A stretch of 63,973 bases of DNA, counting the filler, from Rhizaria sp. SCN 62-66 (Eukaryota), in NCBI GenBank assembly GCA_001724265.1. It is 3 parts of 3 records of this genome, joined end to end, with 100 filler letters (N's around TTAATTAATTAA, not from the genome) between each part and the next. Parts side by side here need not be neighbours in the genome. Positions count along the whole stretch, not along the records: positions 55,408 to 63,973 come from MEDY01000583.1; 2 more parts are not named here. The stretch is one strand, 5' to 3'. Positions 62,001-63,973 of this stretch are shown one piece after another. Each line of letters begins with the position of its first letter. The first letter of the stretch is position 1. The notes below the pieces were generated by a model. The model searched no databases and was not told the origin of the DNA. It saw only the letters and a program-made list of their open reading frames with translations. The position numbers and the translations under genes were made by a program.

Positions 62001-63865
62001 AGGCCTGCGCCAACATCCCCGCCGACTGCAGTAAGCCTGCGGGCTGGGTGGGCCACCCGGCCTCGAACTGCGAAACCGCGAGCGCGCCACTGTGCAAGTC
62101 GGTCCGCAAGCAGACCGTTGAGTGCGCCTTCGTCAGCGCCAAGAATGTGACTGTCACTGCCGCCGAGTACGTGTGCGACAATGTGCCCAAGGTGCTGCCC
62201 TTGTTCGTCAACTGCGACACACCGGCCGTGACCTGCGCTGCAAATCACGGCTCGTGCTCGGGATTCCTGCCCTACGAGAATGATAAACAGGCGCTTGCCA
62301 CGTGCGTCTGCCATCCCGGCTTTTTCGACTCGGCGTGCAACACTGCTGTCACGATCACGAACGTCGTTGCTACGTGGAACAAGACTTCGCGCGCGATCAA
62401 CGTTGACTGGGCCTCCAACGCCGCTGACGTTGCTGGCCTCAAGGTGACCGTGATCGTCACGCCGTCCGGCTACACCACCGGCATCAACGTCGGCCAGGTG
62501 ACGCTCGGCGCGCTCTCCGCCGAGGTCAGCGCCGCCACGTACAAGCTTGCCCCCGGCGCGTACAACGTGACCGTGTTCCTCACATCGCTGTCGACGGCGA
62601 CCGCGACTGTCACCGTGGGCTCGCTGTGCGACAATGGGGCCGGCCAGACGCACTCGTGCGACAACGACGGCACGTGCGACGAGGCCACCGGCGTGTGCAC
62701 GTGCAAGGGCGCGTGGTCCGGCGCGTACTGCACCGTGTCGCCGTGCCAGTCCGCGGTGTGCAACACGGCCAACACGCAGGAAACCAGCTGCTCTGTTGTG
62801 GACCACCAGGCCCACTGCAACTGCCTCACCGCCGAGGACGGCAAGACCTCGCTCTTCAAGGACGCATTGTGCAACGAGGCCGTCGACTCGACGTGCCCCG
62901 CCGACCTCAAGTGCTCCAACAGCGGCGTCCCTCTCTCGGTCTACAACAAGGAGACCCACGCGCTCGAGTGCGCCAACACGTGCTCCTGCCCCCAGGGCTC
63001 GCCCTTCGGCGGCGCACTCTGCGACACGTGCAACAACGTGTGCTCCACCGAGGGCACTGTGGGCGCCATCTCGGCGCAGTGCATGTGCAAGTGCAAGCCG
63101 GGCTACACGGACGAGAGCTGCGGCTGCCGCTACGCCAACTTGCGCCTCGTGTTCCCGCTCTCGGCGCTGTCTTTCCTGGGCACTGCGACCGAGTTCGCGC
63201 AGCTATTGCTGTGGATCTCGGCGCTTAAGTCGGACCTCAAGGCCGTGGGCGGCAAGACCTCCCTTGTCTACAGCGTCTCTGACTTGACCCGCATTACCGT
63301 TAAGCGCGGCAGTTTCGTCAACGTGCTCGTCAGCGCGGGCCCCGACTGCAGTCCAGAGACGCAGAAGGCCGCAGCGCTGCCCGTCGCGTTCGCCAAGCAC
63401 AGCGCCCGCATGCGCCCTATGTCGGCCGCGCGTTTTACCGCGCAAGGGTCCTCAGTCGATATGACCGAGACATACGCCGCGCTCAAGACCATCACGACGG
63501 CCCTCTCCGCGGGCCAGAGTAGCGGCAGTACGAGCACCACGCTCGGCGCCGCCCTGCCCGACAACGTCGGCATCAGCGATGACGCGTGCGGGTTGTCCTG
63601 CGTCGGCCTGCCCGCGAGCACCGGCCCCGGCAAGGTCGAAACCGACACTGACGACGGCGGCAGCGCTGGCGGCAGCGGCAGCAACGACGATGACATCATC
63701 ATCGGTGTGGTTGTCGGCGTCGGCGGTTTCCTCATCATCGCCGCCATCGTGTTCTTTGCGTTCTACAAGAAGCTTTTCTGCTTCGCGGGCTCCTCTGCGG
63801 TGACCGATGCTGAGAAGAACACTGGCATCGAGATGACTGCCGCTGGTGCTGGTTATGATGTTTAA
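56057..63865 (+). CDS. Type I membrane surface protein: 12 beta-rich repeats, Cys-rich TSP/EGF-like region, TM and short tail, 2602 aa, intronless CDS
   Basis: Signal peptide FVGLVVLVLISLAAQVTA. Repeats start C-P-x-F-x-G-x-x-L and carry a conserved W. EGF-like CDNDGTCDEATGVCTCKGAWSGAYC. TM IIIGVVVGVGGFLIIAAIVFFAFY. Ends ..GYDV-TAA. Confidence 0.85.
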   Translation: MTSLQSLRRVCSFVGLVVLVLISLAAQVTADLSFTGVTLVDDSTNNLGSGKFILAWDSAANTTSTTMFTNVLTFKFEGASTDPVLFTAASADFSSSDCTATVNIDGTSRDMSLSFVCSLGIFPQTANNVTLTMTRSTATIACDSYAPYKLSSVGSGAITPSDVSAAYFWNLCPVSFTDVKLTSGLTNGLLVVTLSWAGATESAHQTFNPKLIIKNIAGVEVFTSASATPVAIAGSTVTVSTDRIGGVSGDTLVLTFAIPAGASLPPAGSVVLPVTTIGMCPTAYSGTYQVSAYPADRVTVAGALTGIVQLPACPRLDGVVLASTTTATGVNVTVSWTNFTNSDNVAVASLSPLQLAPWSWSNAEVLDGIGAGYAEVSVATDIKIAVNYTLNAYTLKFVAENGATIPSSGTFMFVANLNTEIACDSTSTYSISPFNGSFLTMTGTFGVVVVSAVTATACPINRFSLATLTANADDSNAGAGSATLRVTWYRFAENFGLTAAGADVLAIKPILNKGFFSDVDGVVTVFNGSGAVATGVTATAKFDAASGVITVAIAKAPSATFPSSGYLVVKPTRATGQVAMDIGCEATAIYTVAGANADNTVAASYTDSLLADYKWTWCSVAVGGAAIAFSIEDGTPRVSLAWDALAASSGNPRLPKLRVVMTNGLFRATEQVIFINDVYTLPALFKVETDGGPIIVTFNQTAGSVLPVSGSLVMTLDYLENIVCDIDANRTSITLESADSAASVITNTADPSKLTGTARTPACPTLNGFSVTQTNNGVTMSWTGFDNPDSLTLKTSMVSLEMVPVSAGVTVFKSVVSDVIPIEKSTHYAFLSVNNGNFSISFFQAGNDAFPQIGFVELKLELVDQCGIENIAYQVRPAAAKGIGMSAVGNFVARTLPCIHAFSGVRLTAPFADDSVNKTAILTGSTGFRFAWSDYKSDATSFSEVVKISIVDDTFSGPSLLIDATSAPAALRDAATGEPVVGWTVQASVASSVVALSFVQTGTAAFPTAAYVDVQPPRAQDAHTCQDVELYSVANLDGVSTFAAADGNSELLSTLYVWAVCPVKFDTMRLTPMVDNGVVKLAVDWNDVAVDSYNTIAPALKISRENGTAVYAEAWGPETVAVNANVSVTVQSVGGEIALEFTLYNGATVPKTGSFRFPPAVSASAHSCVESLTGVYKISSGNEALATVNNKNDADLVFAEARALSCPSFTGMSLTLLGNTMTVAWTGYINYDDVPTGNFSTYSISLDAESVPVLTNVTDATSTIDLGDGVTVNVWFVDNDFHFSFSAVDLETIANAGSFSFDVDKIAECGLTSQYTLGVDDATASGFSGTALTVTAVSATCPDPAVFSGVSLASETLASTFKFVATWTGFTNAQGASLALTFRIALTTGASDIFNTASTNSVVLIDVDSNIGDLGIATVTLANDAYIVALAPTAGTPVPANGRLTVSLTLRSAAACGTTSTFALESASAKAVTLVSEGATSVSYSTPSCMPTFTGLSLAGDTATLSGNKGLVIAWTDFSNKDAKSLANAFVITRINAFYANPFTGVPTTAQPVKDAAGADVTGVTASLSYSSVSGDITVSFALAAGVVFPTQGSLAVTPTVDATLACDQTTYLRLDINSTVVRSSAPKVITFGFKSSVCTYMQDFNVTQVSQSGAQLTLAVTYEYFQQGLKEGVITLESFDHTDLYTDLPAMDIIVTADDFAQITVTGSVANGVITLPLTDKLPRAGGRLQFTLQLAVTADCDLTTTLMPSLQGEVFASLVTPGLACTYDWRCTGASAGAASDGLVCSTTDASQFSTVCSNNCGNGTLSLVESYCSRLNNGTYMDKATGASKCVGAKPALTLSCTDYTCPSALWRCSAIGGNVWVDCANDGAFGTCENYSGCHFNAALKRTAMCVATSTSTTDLGSNCPTAVVAKKPALIKDCVSNLDTCSMRFDSEDECYDADKKLAICGAATRNGTCINNATNSDVALDLCVEAQVPLTQACANIPADCSKPAGWVGHPASNCETASAPLCKSVRKQTVECAFVSAKNVTVTAAEYVCDNVPKVLPLFVNCDTPAVTCAANHGSCSGFLPYENDKQALATCVCHPGFFDSACNTAVTITNVVATWNKTSRAINVDWASNAADVAGLKVTVIVTPSGYTTGINVGQVTLGALSAEVSAATYKLAPGAYNVTVFLTSLSTATATVTVGSLCDNGAGQTHSCDNDGTCDEATGVCTCKGAWSGAYCTVSPCQSAVCNTANTQETSCSVVDHQAHCNCLTAEDGKTSLFKDALCNEAVDSTCPADLKCSNSGVPLSVYNKETHALECANTCSCPQGSPFGGALCDTCNNVCSTEGTVGAISAQCMCKCKPGYTDESCGCRYANLRLVFPLSALSFLGTATEFAQLLLWISALKSDLKAVGGKTSLVYSVSDLTRITVKRGSFVNVLVSAGPDCSPETQKAAALPVAFAKHSARMRPMSAARFTAQGSSVDMTETYAALKTITTALSAGQSSGSTSTTLGAALPDNVGISDDACGLSCVGLPASTGPGKVETDTDDGGSAGGSGSNDDDIIIGVVVGVGGFLIIAAIVFFAFYKKLFCFAGSSAVTDAEKNTGIEMTAAGAGYDV

Positions 63866-63973
63866 GTCTTTGCAAGTAACCCCTATGTAGCGTCAACTAA
63901 AAAACGCGATTTCGCGCTTTTTTTGCGACTTTGGCGCACTTTCGTAGAAGTTATCAAACTACGTGGTTTATTT

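Noticed and set aside
598-63803. Numerous long overlapping or antisense ORFs (e.g. 4075-5283, 20292-21611, 42019-43380, 45249-46802, 61310-62959)
   Set aside because: Shadow ORFs caused by high GC3 codon bias; the translations are Arg/Ala/Gly-rich with no recognisable motifs.

Overview
Eukaryotic (probably protist) nuclear DNA with GC-rich coding exons, AT-rich intergenic regions and short GT-AG introns. The window joins three contigs through two artificial 100-nt N spacers carrying TTAATTAATTAA (27602-27701, 55308-55407). I rebuilt 12 genes plus one 3' fragment by hand: an alpha/beta-hydrolase, a meiotic HOP1/ASY1-type HORMA protein, a TPR plus tandem degenerate Nudix protein, enolase-phosphatase E1, a giant Kelch/EGF protein, a Sushi/CCP repeat protein, a PH-FYVE-C2-TM protein, kinesin-1, a membrane-anchored GH38 alpha-mannosidase, an orphan, a TM-anchored Rab-like GTPase and a 2602-aa surface repeat protein. 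The main signal is that five separate genes are each interrupted by one in-frame TAG, with coding sequence continuing in the same frame, while all 11 visible gene ends use TAA or TGA. This points to a non-standard nuclear genetic code in which UAG alone is a sense codon (Gln is the best guess) and UAA stays a stop. All family calls come from motif recognition by eye, not from database searches.
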